A stretch of DNA of 64,000 nucleotides from Histomonas meleagridis 2922-C6/04-290x. Taxonomy: Eukaryota; Protista; Parabasalia. Under the pieces are notes generated by a model. The model did not search any database. It was not told the origin of the DNA and saw only the letters and a list, made by a program, of their open reading frames with translations. This document shows, one piece after another, positions 45,813 through 57,418 of this stretch. The DNA lies in the NCBI GenBank assembly GCA_020184695.1, contig JAANOX010000252.1:5957-69956 (forward strand). Reading direction: 5' to 3'. The position numbers were made by a program, and so were the translations under genes. The stretch's first letter is position 1, and every line of letters starts with the position of its first letter.

Positions 45813-46778
45813 ATGAAGAGCAATGACATTCTCTTGATTTTTGCATTGGCATCGTGTTGCGCAGAGACATTCATACATGAGAAAATATGTGATAAATATA
45901 TATTTTTTACTCAAAAAAATAATTCTTATATTCAATTTCAAAATATAATTAAAAATACATATAAACAGAATGCCAACATATATTCAATGATGCTTAATCA
46001 TATATATCATAGTAATACTTCAATTTCATTTTAGAACATCAAAAATTTTGTATCTGTTAATAATCAGTCAGAGTAGATTTTCAAATCTTCATTTATATTG
46101 AGCATTGCTCTTCAATCTTTTATGATAAATATTTCAAACATTTATAATTCATCATATGTTAAATTGTATCTGTCCTTCATTTTATTAATTTCCATGTTTA
46201 ATTTATTATTTAATAATCAAATTAAAAAATTTACTATAGGTAATTTAATTCGTAAAACTCATAATAAAAATATTATATCATTTACATTCATCATCATGTT
46301 TTTCATTAATACAAATCAAACATTTAATGAAACAACGAAAACTCTCATAATAACCAATTCAAATGAATTTACAAATGATAATAAGAGTTCAACTGTACAT
46401 GTTATAATTTCCAATGTTGACGAAATCAAATCAAATGCTTTCTTAAATTGGTTATTATTAACTACTGCACATATTAATAGTTCAGTCACAAAAATAGGCT
46501 CAAGTGCATTTAGTGGATGTAATAATCTTAAAACTGTAATTCTAGAAGAAGGTTTGTTAACAATTGGGAGTTTTGCATTCCAAAATTGTTATAATCTAAC
46601 AAACATATATATTCCAAGTTCTGTTACTTCAATAGCCAGTAATCCATTTGTAAGGTGCAAAAATCTTGAGTACATTAAAGTTTCCAAAGGAAATTCATAT
46701 TATGCAAATTATGATAATGATGGCGTTTTATATGATATAAGCATTTCAAATCTTATTTGTTATCCGTCAAAATTATAA
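45813..46778 (+). pseudogene. BspA-like pseudogene
   Basis: Two in-frame TAGs (46032, 46074); TpLRR repeats SSVTKIGSSAFSGCNNL; ends before stalk/TM. Confidence 0.7.
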
Positions 46779-47162
46779 TTCCAATATTAATACAAATCAC
46801 TAAAATAAATTGTATCAATTGGATCAAAATTTTGATAAAATTTGTATATAAAAAAACAAAGTTATTATTTGATTCTCTCTAAAAAAAATGAGTTAACCAT
46901 ATAAGATTGAAGGAGTTTCATTTAAGTATACGTAAAGCAAATTGATTTTAAACATTTCGCGTTGAAAGGAAATCACATGAAACTGTAAAAAAAAATCCCA
47001 CTTTTTGACAGAAGTCCGTTTAAACCTCCACTGTATCAATTATCGTCTCACGCCGACACTTTTTTCTCAAAAAATTGTCACATCACAAGGTCTTTGGGGT
47101 GTTCACAACTTTTGAATGGCCGACTCAATTTTGACAGAATTACAATTTTCTCTTCATTTCAA

Positions 47163-48014
47163 ATGCCAGAGGTTGTCCTCGAGTTTACGGACCCACATAA
47201 GTCCAAATCAAAGTCAAAGCCAAAGACAAAATCTGATAAGGAATCAAAGAAAAAGATGAAGGCTCCAAGCAAAAATCAAGTTATTAAGTACATGAACTTA
47301 ACATGTCAAATTATCCAATTCCCAATCTTCATTTTATCTTTGATTTGCCTCTTTAATGTTTTCAAGGAACCAAATCTCGTCAATGAACTTGCTTTCATTT
47401 GTGTTCTTATTTCCGAAGCATTCAAAATGTACATCAATGGATTTGTCAACAACCTTTCTTCAAAGCTTACCAATGAGCCACTCATCAAACGTGTATGGCT
47501 TGGAAAGCATTTCCACTATATGCTCATTGCAATTATTTTCAGAGTTGCTAATGTTCAATCACTTCTTTATTACTTGGACTATGTCTTAATTTCATTTGTT
47601 CTTTCAATGAAGGTCATCAAGAAGGAACTTCGTCCACGTGTTGGAGATGATTTGAAATCCTCTGTTGATGCCATCACTGATCCATTCATCCGTTCCACCA
47701 TTATCAAGCGCACAATTGCTGCTCTTGAGATTCTTCTTTGTCCATATTTATTCTTCTATGCATTATTTACACTTAAAGGAATGGTATTCATTGCATTTAT
47801 TGCCTATTTCTTCCTCTTCATTCTCTTTGCATTAGTAATGATGCCACCACACAATTGGGTCTATGGTCAAATTGATCATTATCTCCGTAAGTTTTCATCC
47901 AAGAATGAAAGCGCCTCCAAATTTGTCAAGAAAGCTCTTGACAACATTTCCAAGGTGAGAAGTCTTGCCGGCCAATTATATCCATTAGGCACATTTCGGA
48001 CGATGATGCAATAA
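47163..48014 (+). CDS. Multi-pass membrane protein, possibly TMEM33/Pom33-like
   Basis: ATG at 47163 after TCATTT; several TM segments; family call is weak. Confidence 0.55.
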   Translation: MPEVVLEFTDPHKSKSKSKPKTKSDKESKKKMKAPSKNQVIKYMNLTCQIIQFPIFILSLICLFNVFKEPNLVNELAFICVLISEAFKMYINGFVNNLSSKLTNEPLIKRVWLGKHFHYMLIAIIFRVANVQSLLYYLDYVLISFVLSMKVIKKELRPRVGDDLKSSVDAITDPFIRSTIIKRTIAALEILLCPYLFFYALFTLKGMVFIAFIAYFFLFILFALVMMPPHNWVYGQIDHYLRKFSSKNESASKFVKKALDNISKVRSLAGQLYPLGTFRTMMQ

Positions 48015-48234
48015 ACAATAAGTTTTAATACCCTTAAAAGTTTTACATACCGATTTTTCGAAATTTTTACACATTTGATATCTAATACAATAAATATCCA
48101 AAAATTTGCCATTTCTTTAATTTGCAGATTTCTTTTTGTATTCGTTCGTGAAAACATTTTTCATTGTTTAGAAAAGAGAAAAAAAAGAAAAAAAATTTTA
48201 TTACGAATATAATCCACAAAGAAATTATTGAAAA

Positions 48235-50040
48235 TTGAACGCTGATACCCGTAAAAGAAAAGTTTACATTTCTTATTCAATGCATTGTGAAAAAGTAGCA
48301 CTTTTTCCAAATCAAATGGGTGAAGAAGAATACCCAGCACCGTATGAAACGCATGAAGACCTCTTCTCTTTCGATACCTTCAACCCAATAGTCGAAAAAA
48401 TCATATCCAACTTCGACTTCTCAGAGTTACCTGAATTCCAAGGAAAACCATTACAAGCACATCTCACAAATCTCCTGCATGACATGGAGGCAATCGACCC
48501 GAAAGACTCGTTTGTCGATGCGACTCCATTCCTGACCGAATTTGCAAAATATGTCCACTCATTCTTTTCAAAGGAAATCTTACAAAGCCTTAACTACAAT
48601 TGGCCGCCGGCAATACCTAACGCGGATCCGCTTCGTTCATTCGTCTTCTATTACGTCACATTAATCCAATCATCTCAAAAGCCAATGAACATCCTAATGT
48701 GGGCAATGGCCAACTTCGCACCTCCAAATTGGTTTGGTGATGACACAAATACCATTAAGGCATGTTGCGCATGTATCAAAGGGAAACAATTTGTCGATAA
48801 TTCGTTCTTCTGGGCATTACTGAACAGCCACAATGTCTTCAAGTATTACTCAGTCGACACTGGACTTCTTCGTCTTATCAAGAAGGCAAATTGCGGCAAA
48901 ATCGAAGTCGATGAAAATAACAAATCCGTTTCAATCTATGACCAAAAAAATCAAATGGTCACCAGCTTCACGCCAACTGATCCCGTTCAAATTAACATAT
49001 GGCGGAAATTGATTAGCGATGAAAAAGTTCCATTTCCATTAACAATTGCAGGTATTGGACGCCCAATTCCGAACCCATTGATATCGTCGTTATACGAAGC
49101 GGTTACATCTGACGATTTATATGTCCTTCAAACTATTTTACATTATACAGTGATCAAAATCACAGATGGACCCGAGTTCACTTCAGCTCTTTTGGACATA
49201 TTTTCATACGCAGGGAAAGTCAGCGCATTGTTGACAGTAATGGTTGGGTTAGAATTTGAAATCGAATCATTAACTCCGACAACTGTCTTAAGAGGTAATT
49301 CCCATTTAACCAGCATGTTCAAGACGTTTTATAAGCGATTTGGGGACAAATATTTCAATAACGTGTTAAAAGAGATTGCGCTTAAAGTCGATGAGAAAGG
49401 AGACTTAGGGATTAAGAATCCAGAAACAATGCGAATGGATGAAATTCATGAACTATTGTTTTGGTCATTACATAAGATTATTAATAGTTCGAAATATGTT
49501 CCGACACAAATCCGTCATTTAGCATCCATCTTAAAGTCTATATCTGGCGCAAGGTTCAACCAAAAGCAAGCATCGTTTAATACCTTAAGTGGATTCTTTT
49601 GCTTAAGATTTATTACTGCTATAATGGCGAGCCCACAAACTTTTGATGAATCTCTAAATTTGAAGAATGGTATATCAGATGTATTTATACCATTCTCACA
49701 GTTGTTACAAATGCCTTTTAACATGATGCCATTAAGTGGAAGACATGCAGAAATGGCAAAATGGGATGATGAGCTATTTAATGACATATTCCCGAAGTTA
49801 ATGAATTTCGTGTTCTCAGTTGCAGAGTTAAATGAACAACCGAAGTATGATCCTCCTCCTCCAGAAGTGTTAAGACAATCATTGGAATATGTACTAGAGA
49901 AAATTAGCGTGAATAACGTGAAATTTAAGAATAGATATGATGAGGTAACACAAAATAAGAGTAATTACTCAGCGGTCGGGTGGAACATAGGAACGTTCTT
50001 AATGAACTTCTTTAATGGAAACGCAATAACCAATGTGTGA
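48235..50040 (+). CDS. RasGAP-domain protein
   Basis: TVLRGNSHLTSM and LSGFFCLRFITAIMASP. Confidence 0.88.
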   Translation: MNADTRKRKVYISYSMHCEKVALFPNQMGEEEYPAPYETHEDLFSFDTFNPIVEKIISNFDFSELPEFQGKPLQAHLTNLLHDMEAIDPKDSFVDATPFLTEFAKYVHSFFSKEILQSLNYNWPPAIPNADPLRSFVFYYVTLIQSSQKPMNILMWAMANFAPPNWFGDDTNTIKACCACIKGKQFVDNSFFWALLNSHNVFKYYSVDTGLLRLIKKANCGKIEVDENNKSVSIYDQKNQMVTSFTPTDPVQINIWRKLISDEKVPFPLTIAGIGRPIPNPLISSLYEAVTSDDLYVLQTILHYTVIKITDGPEFTSALLDIFSYAGKVSALLTVMVGLEFEIESLTPTTVLRGNSHLTSMFKTFYKRFGDKYFNNVLKEIALKVDEKGDLGIKNPETMRMDEIHELLFWSLHKIINSSKYVPTQIRHLASILKSISGARFNQKQASFNTLSGFFCLRFITAIMASPQTFDESLNLKNGISDVFIPFSQLLQMPFNMMPLSGRHAEMAKWDDELFNDIFPKLMNFVFSVAELNEQPKYDPPPPEVLRQSLEYVLEKISVNNVKFKNRYDEVTQNKSNYSAVGWNIGTFLMNFFNGNAITNV

Positions 50041-50682
50041 TGCGATTGATATTTATCTCATAAATAAAATTAACATCTGTAATCTTCAACTTCCGTAACC
50101 GTAAAATCATATTCAAAATGCAGAACTTTTTAAATGTGTGAGCGGTAAACCGTAAAATAATGTTTGATGTGGCAACAAAGTTTGAAATGTTACATACGTT
50201 AAGGAAAATGAAGTGACGACGCAAATTTTGCAAATTCGTGCGTTTGTATTGGGTATTGTCTGTTTAATTCGTTCTCAATACTCATAGAATTCAGATTAAT
50301 AATGAATGCTGACTATTGAATGAAATTATATGATGAGTGTTATAAGAAGAGAGAGAGTTGAATGTGTGTCACTTCATTGGATAAGTTTGAATGTAATTGG
50401 CATTTTTTTTTGAATTTTTTTCTGAATAATGAATTTTGTGATATTGTGGCAAAATACATTGGAAATTAGAGATGAGAAATATCGCAAATATATTTTATAA
50501 AATAGCACATTGCATTTGTAAATTGAAATACATTTGGGAGTATATATATATTGTTGTAAATGTGCATGTATATTGATAAATATGTATAAGGAATTTTTGT
50601 TTTGCATCATTTTCGCAAGATTTTATAAAGCTGATATTCTGACAATGTAACGGTTATCGATTCAACATTAATATTCTTCTAA

Positions 50683-53630
50683 ATGCAGCAAGAAAACAAT
50701 TTTTTACCAAAACTATTAGATATGCAAAGTTTACTACAACTGCTCCAGACAATATTCGGATTGGAACAAAAAAATTTACTTGAAGCAGTACATCTAACAA
50801 TGAAAAATTATGATAGAAATATACCTTATTCTTTTAATGTTGTTCTTTGTCATTGCATCTATGCATCATTTCTTTCTCAAAGAAAAGATGTAAGTTTATA
50901 TTTTGATTATTTAAATAAAATAGAAGAAATGGAAAATCAAATCAATTCTAAAGAACCAAAAGCGTTAACAGTATTTATTCAATTTCTTCTATATTTAAAT
51001 AAGAATGAATCTCTCTATATTTTTGCGAAAATGACAAAAATCAATAAAAATCTACTTTTTAATAAAATCCAATCTCATTTTCCTTATATAATAAATCAAA
51101 TAAATTCGAGTGAAACAAAAACTATTTTTTCATCAAAAGAAAATGAAAATTCAAATTTGAATTCTTCTTTACAAATTACAGAGATAATTCGAAATGATGA
51201 AATCGAAAAACTCCAAAAAATATCAACACGAAGGAATTTTGATTTTAATCAAAACATAGGACAATCATTTTTAGATATATATTCTTTTATTGCTGAAGAA
51301 AGTTTAACATTAATTGATTATGCGGCGTTTTTTGGATCAATTAAATGTTTTAAATTTTTATTATTAAATGGTTCTAATATAAGAGCAACAGGCAAATATG
51401 CTATTGCAGGTGGAAACCTTGAAATCATTCATTTATGTGAACAAAATCATTCGACATTTAAAGAATCATTCGAAACAGCAATTGAATTTCATCGAAATGA
51501 TATTTTTCATTATCTTTATGATAATTCTATAAATAAACAAAATGCGAATAAAGAAAAAAAGAAAAAAACACAAATGGAATTAACAACTTATGGTGTTAAA
51601 TGTATACAATATAGTAATTATGAAATTTTATCATTTTTAGAAGGTGAAGGACTTAAACCAAATCGGAAACTTATTATCACTTCAGTATTATATGGTAATT
51701 TTTATGTTTTTAAACATTTAATAAAATCTGATGATAGAATTCCAATAAATATTTTACCATATTCAATAACACCTTTAAACTTTGAACTCATTAAATATTT
51801 ACTTCAACATAAAAATATTGATATAAATGCAAAAGATATTTCATATTTTTATTTGAAGTTTTGTTTTCTTATTTAATATTTATTTTATACTTTTGGAGTT
51901 TATTTGTAATTTATAATACAGCGTTAATAAATGCATCGAAATATCAACAAATTGATGTAATAAAAATGCTCTTAATGAATAAAAAAATTGATTTAAATGT
52001 TAAAAATGTTATTTTTGTATTTTATAATGTTTGTTTTTATAAAAGAATGTTTAAAAATTATATTTGGCATTTGTTTAAATGATTTGATACAGCATTAATT
52101 TTTGCATGTAGAAATGGTAATATGGAAATTGTAAAATTATTACTTGAAAATAAAAATCTTGATATTAATATTGAGAATATTTTTTGTGATTGTTTAATGT
52201 TTATATAAATTTTTATAATGTTTTATTAGACAATTTAGTTTTTCATTATAATAAATGAAACAGCACTTACGATTTCATATCAAAAAGAATTTAAAGAAAT
52301 TTTTAATCTTTTATTAGATAATGAAGAAATAGATAATGAAGTAGAAAATGTTTTAAAATTATATTTAAAGTTTATTTAAATAACTTAAAGTTTCTAAATA
52401 TTGTATACAATTTATTTATATTATTTAATATATTATTAATTTGGGCTTCTCAATATAGTAAAAATGAAATAGTAAAAACTTTAATAGAACAAAAAGAATT
52501 TAATATAAATGTAAGTGGAAGTGTTGTTTTAACAAAATATTTGGAATTTATTTGAATAATATCAAACACCACTTATGTTAGCATCAAAAAATAACAACAT
52601 TGAATTAGTTGATTTATTTCTTAAACAAAAGGGAATTGATATCAATAAGAAAGATGTTTATTTAATGGGCTTAAAATTTATATAAAAAATTTAATGTTCC
52701 AAAAAAATATTTGGAAATAATTCAAATTATAGAATACAGCACTTATGATAGCATCTGAATATGGAAGTGTTATTTGTGTAAAAATACTTCTTAAACAGAA
52801 AGGAATTGATATAAATACATGTAATATTTAAATATTTTGTTTAATGTTAATTTTTAATTATTTAATGTTTTGTTATAATTTTTGGAATATAATGAAATTA
52901 TTTGGGTCAGCAATAATTAAAGCAACAATTAATAATCATATAGATATTGTGAAAATGATACTTCAACAGCAAGATAATGATCCTAATATAAATGAAATTA
53001 ATAAATTTTATTTATTGTTCATACAAAAATATTAAAATTTATTTAAATTTTTATACAGCAGTTTTATTTTATGCAATTTCAAATGATCGTTCGAAAATTG
53101 TTGAATTGATTCTATCATTAGGAATAAAAAATATTAATACATATGATATTTATTATATAAATTTCATGTTGAATTTTATGATTTAATATATCAATAATAT
53201 ATTTGGAATTTTTTTTAAAATAATATCGGACTCCATTAATTTGGGCTTCTATAATTGGTACTACAGAAATAGTTAAAATACTTCTTAAACAAGATGGTAT
53301 TAATGTTAATGCAACAGATATTAATTCATTATTTTTAATGTTAAATTTTAAATTTTTAACATTTCATAATATTATTCGATGTTTATTTTTATGATAAAGA
53401 ACTGCATTGTTATGGGCATGTGAAAAAGGTTATGCTCAAATCGTTAAAGTACTTCTAGAACAAAAAGATATAGATGAATTTTATACAAATATTTGTTTTT
53501 ATTATTGAAAGTTTATTTTGAGAAAAATATGTTTCAATTTTTTTTTTGGAATTATTTCTTTGTAAATGAATTTCCAATATTACTTGCCTCTATGAATGGC
53601 AGAACAGAAGTGATAGATTTACTTTTATAA
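50683..53630 (+). CDS. DUF3447-type ankyrin protein (locus C), interrupted by eleven spacer arrays
   Basis: Contiguous to 51837 (LIDYAAFFGSIKCFKFLL...INAKD), then stop-free ankyrin cores, and a terminal TAA at 53628-53630. Confidence 0.85.
51838..53570 (+). other. Eleven [17-nt spacer + codon] arrays
   Basis: Inserts at 51838-51917, 52008-52088, 52179-52259, 52350-52429, 52520-52565, 52656-52735, 52826-52906, ~53003-53054 (irregular), 53148-53229, 53320-53400 and 53491-53570. Decoded loops: ENGN, NNGD, NNSE, KKTN, SVGQ, KNGN, NNGG, ?, HNGR, NNDR, KYGE. Confidence 0.9.
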
Positions 53631-54216
53631 ATAGGGAAAATTATTGATTACATTTTATGTAGTCTTTGTTGGATACTTCCAACAACTTTTTCCTATAACT
53701 AGCGAAAAATATTATTAATAAAAACTCAATATCAAATTTCAAAATATTTAATATGTATCAACTTATTTCATTAATCATTATTATAAAAGGAATCTGTTTT
53801 TTGTTACAGCAAATTATCGATAATTTTTTCAATACGTTATTCCATCAATTTTTTGATAACGCTATGAAAAAATCAACTTTTTGAATGCATTGCACGGGTT
53901 TTTTAAACTGGTTTTTTCTTGATATGCAAACTTAGTTAATTGAAATATGCTCTAAAATTGCTTAAACGGGATGGCTTTGTTATCAAAATTATAAAAATAC
54001 TTTAAAAATTCCAAAGATTACATTGGAAAAAGGTTGAAGATTAAAATTAAAGTACTACAAAATGACCTGATACTTGTTTGTGATAAGAAAATGATAATAA
54101 TTATTTTGTAAACTTTGAAACTGAGAAAGAAAAAAATGATTTTTTCCTGTCAAATTTAACTCAAATATTGAATCCAAAATAATCTGATATAAATTGAAAA
54201 AGTTATCATACAACTA

Positions 54217-56271
54217 ATGGAAGCTGATATGCTGTTTGATCTACAAATGAGAATTAAAAAATATCATGTTGACCACCAACGGAAGGAAGAAGAAGTTAAA
54301 AGGCTTCAAATTTCATATGATACTCAATTAAGAGATTATATGTACTCATTATATGTTTCTGCTGTGAGTATATGGACAGTTTTGAATAAGCCAAACCAAA
54401 AAGAGTTAATTTCTGCCGTAGATTCACAGCCTTCAAATGTTGTAAGCAAAGCAAAATTATTAAACCAACTACAAAAGTTTCAAAATGATTCATCAGCGTT
54501 TGCTGAAAAATTTTCTAAAATGAGTGGCCCACTTACACTCAATGCCTTTCTTTGTCTTTTGTCTGTATATAATTTTTTATGGTCAGTAGAAAGTTGTGAA
54601 TCATTTGCAGAATTTATTTCTCATGTGGATGATGATTCAATAGTAGAAAAACTTTGTCAATGCCTTTTAGTTCATCCATTAATTCAGAATTATTTTTCTA
54701 TTGTTATATCAAAAGCATTTCTTTATCTCCAAAATACTCAGGAAAATCACCATTCAGATATCAAAAAATCCGTTCACATCCTTAAGGCAAAGATTATTAA
54801 ACTCCTAAAGAAGCTTCAACCACTTATTCCAGAATTTTTCCGATTTATTATTCGATACAACTCATCCAAAAAATCCCTCTTCTTCAACGCCTTCCTTAAG
54901 CCGTTCATTCTTCATCACACTTCTTTTGGAATTTCCCAAGTTGATATTGACATATTTGCCAAAGAGGAAATTTCACTTCTTATTGACTCACTTTCACGCT
55001 ATTTCAATAGCAGCAAAGCTGAAGAACTCCTCAACAAGATCACTGAATCACCTAGTGACTCTAATCCGATTGTTTGTATAATTCCATCAGAAAAACGACT
55101 CAAAAGCATTTATAAAGATTTTCAATCTTTCACTCTTGTGAATCCTTGCTGGCTTCATGAAATTGATAATGATATAAAGATTGCTGGAAGTTTATGTTTT
55201 CTTCAATTATCATCATATACTGCGACACAATCACGTAGCTCATCCAAACTAAGCAGTGTTCCCTTCATAGCCCATAACTTTTTGATGAAAGCCGATCTTA
55301 TTAAGTTATCTGAAAATCAGCCCAATTTCATTGATTATTTCCATAAAATCGCATCGATTTCATCTCTATATGGTGATCCAGATCTCGAGCTAGAGATAGA
55401 GCGACTTTATCATCTTGATTTGTCAAAATGGACAATTCCGAAATTATGTAAATCTATTGAAGAAGCCGTGTTTTGTGACACTGGGGACTCTGCGTCTAAT
55501 GGTCTTCTCCAAGATATCTCAACATATAGCCCGCAATACGCTTACATCAGCAAACTCAAAGAATTGTCAAGTAAAATACCGAAGAACGTTAACAACGAAA
55601 TTGATCTAAACACACTTTCGATAGTCGTACAACAATATCTTAAGGATCCATCTAACAATTGTCCTAGTGACAATGACGTTTATACTAATCCACGGAGTTT
55701 TCTTGATTTACACAAGAAAATCATTGATTATATTTCTTCGTCTAACTTATCATTTGAAAACTTACCTAAGAATTTGTATATCATTTTGTCACACCATTAT
55801 CGCGTCCTTGAGCATATTAAAACATCAAAAGAAATGCTCGAGCTGGACACGAAAATCAACAAATTCTTCGACGATAAGAAAAGCGCACTTTTGGACATCT
55901 CTCAAAACGACTTTTTGAAAGCTTATCAGAAAAACCCTGACAAGCTGAGGCTGTTCGCGAATGAGTTCAAGAGCGCCCTCGATTGCAATATGCCAATGTC
56001 TTGTATCTTCCATTTACATCAAGCTTACCTAGTGCTTGTTGGTTTGTTACAAACTCAAGACATTGACGAAGTTGGCGCAGATCAAATTGTTCCATTTGCA
56101 TTATATGCAACTGTTTTATCAAATGCAAAGTTCTTAGCACCAACTTATAAGTTCATGAATGAGTACGTACAACCATTTGCTGGTGTGTTGGAACCTCAAG
56201 AAGAATATAGTATCACACAATTTGCAATGACATATAAATACTTGGAGACAAAGATGAAGGAGTTGCAATAG
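54217..56271 (+). CDS. VPS9-domain (Rab5 GEF-like) protein
   Basis: C-terminal EVGADQIVPFALYATVLSN...EEYSITQF. Confidence 0.75.
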   Translation: MEADMLFDLQMRIKKYHVDHQRKEEEVKRLQISYDTQLRDYMYSLYVSAVSIWTVLNKPNQKELISAVDSQPSNVVSKAKLLNQLQKFQNDSSAFAEKFSKMSGPLTLNAFLCLLSVYNFLWSVESCESFAEFISHVDDDSIVEKLCQCLLVHPLIQNYFSIVISKAFLYLQNTQENHHSDIKKSVHILKAKIIKLLKKLQPLIPEFFRFIIRYNSSKKSLFFNAFLKPFILHHTSFGISQVDIDIFAKEEISLLIDSLSRYFNSSKAEELLNKITESPSDSNPIVCIIPSEKRLKSIYKDFQSFTLVNPCWLHEIDNDIKIAGSLCFLQLSSYTATQSRSSSKLSSVPFIAHNFLMKADLIKLSENQPNFIDYFHKIASISSLYGDPDLELEIERLYHLDLSKWTIPKLCKSIEEAVFCDTGDSASNGLLQDISTYSPQYAYISKLKELSSKIPKNVNNEIDLNTLSIVVQQYLKDPSNNCPSDNDVYTNPRSFLDLHKKIIDYISSSNLSFENLPKNLYIILSHHYRVLEHIKTSKEMLELDTKINKFFDDKKSALLDISQNDFLKAYQKNPDKLRLFANEFKSALDCNMPMSCIFHLHQAYLVLVGLLQTQDIDEVGADQIVPFALYATVLSNAKFLAPTYKFMNEYVQPFAGVLEPQEEYSITQFAMTYKYLETKMKELQ

Positions 56272-57418
56272 ATTTTTTGTGTTGATACTTTTGCGATTTA
56301 CTCAAATAAATGTATTTTGAGTCAATTTTTTTCTTTTTAGTCATTTAATAAATAATTGATAATGTAAAAACCATTTTACCTTCGTTGGTTGCTTTCATAC
56401 ATCATTCATTGCATTTTGTGTATTAAAATTGGTGAAAATGCATTTAGATCTGCAGATCGGTAAATCAAATTATGATTAACTTTATTTAAAGCAATGATGC
56501 AAATTTGTTATGAGCATTTTCCTTGTTTAAGAAAAGAAAATCATTGTAAGCGTTACCTAATGTGAAAAAGGAAATTATATTGATACATTTATAAATGTAA
56601 GTAAGGTAATTAAAGTACTACATGAAACAAAAACAAAATGATTTAAATTTGATTTTTTGCACAATCATTAATTTCATTTCTTCAACTTGCGCACTAAATA
56701 CTAGCAAACAAGAAGCACTATGTTCTCTTTATTTATTTCATTTTATCAGTTATGAAATGATAATCTAAATTATATTGATTTTTTGAATTACTCAAATGTA
56801 TTTTAAGTCATTTTTTTAATCAACATGATTTTGTTATTTTTAGTAAAGGGATTTAAATAGTGTTTATTTTAAAAAACAGATAATTGAATCAATTCTGTAA
56901 AAAAGTTATAAGAACTTAAAAAAAGTAAGAACACTCATGAATGACATTTCATAACAGAACACCAAAAAACATTTTTAGAAGTTGGACAATTGCATGAATT
57001 TAATGATTTGAATACACCATGTAGATATCCTTCTCAAAAGTTCAAATAATATTTTTGAATTTTTATGAGTATTTGCGAAAGCTTTCACAAATCACGAAAT
57101 CCGACTACTTCAACAATAGAGGAGAATATTTCTTATGATATATGCACAGATGGGGTTAAAATAGCTTGTGTCATATGTGCCATTTTTATAGGTTTTTTCA
57201 CGGTGCTTTTTTTTTGTTCATATTTTATATGAATTATATTCCTGAAGAACGTGACGAACAAGTATGACGGTTAATGATAACCGAAGATAATTCACAAAAG
57301 CCCACATTAACCAAAAACTTTTTGAAAGGACCTTTTTAAGAAATTTCTTGCCCAAACGTTCAAAGAAAAATTCTGTGACTTTGGTGGTTAATTGATTCAT
57401 CCCATAATTTTTTGTTCC

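Noticed and set aside
46032-46076. Stop-codon reassignment (in-frame TAG/TAA in several broken genes)
   Set aside because: Intact conserved genes end normally in TAA, TAG or TGA and have no internal stops. In-frame stops occur only in loci with other lesions.
51838-53570. CRISPR-like or satellite array (170-nt period)
   Set aside because: The conserved parts are protein-coding ankyrin cores with synonymous variation. There are no invariant repeats or cas genes.
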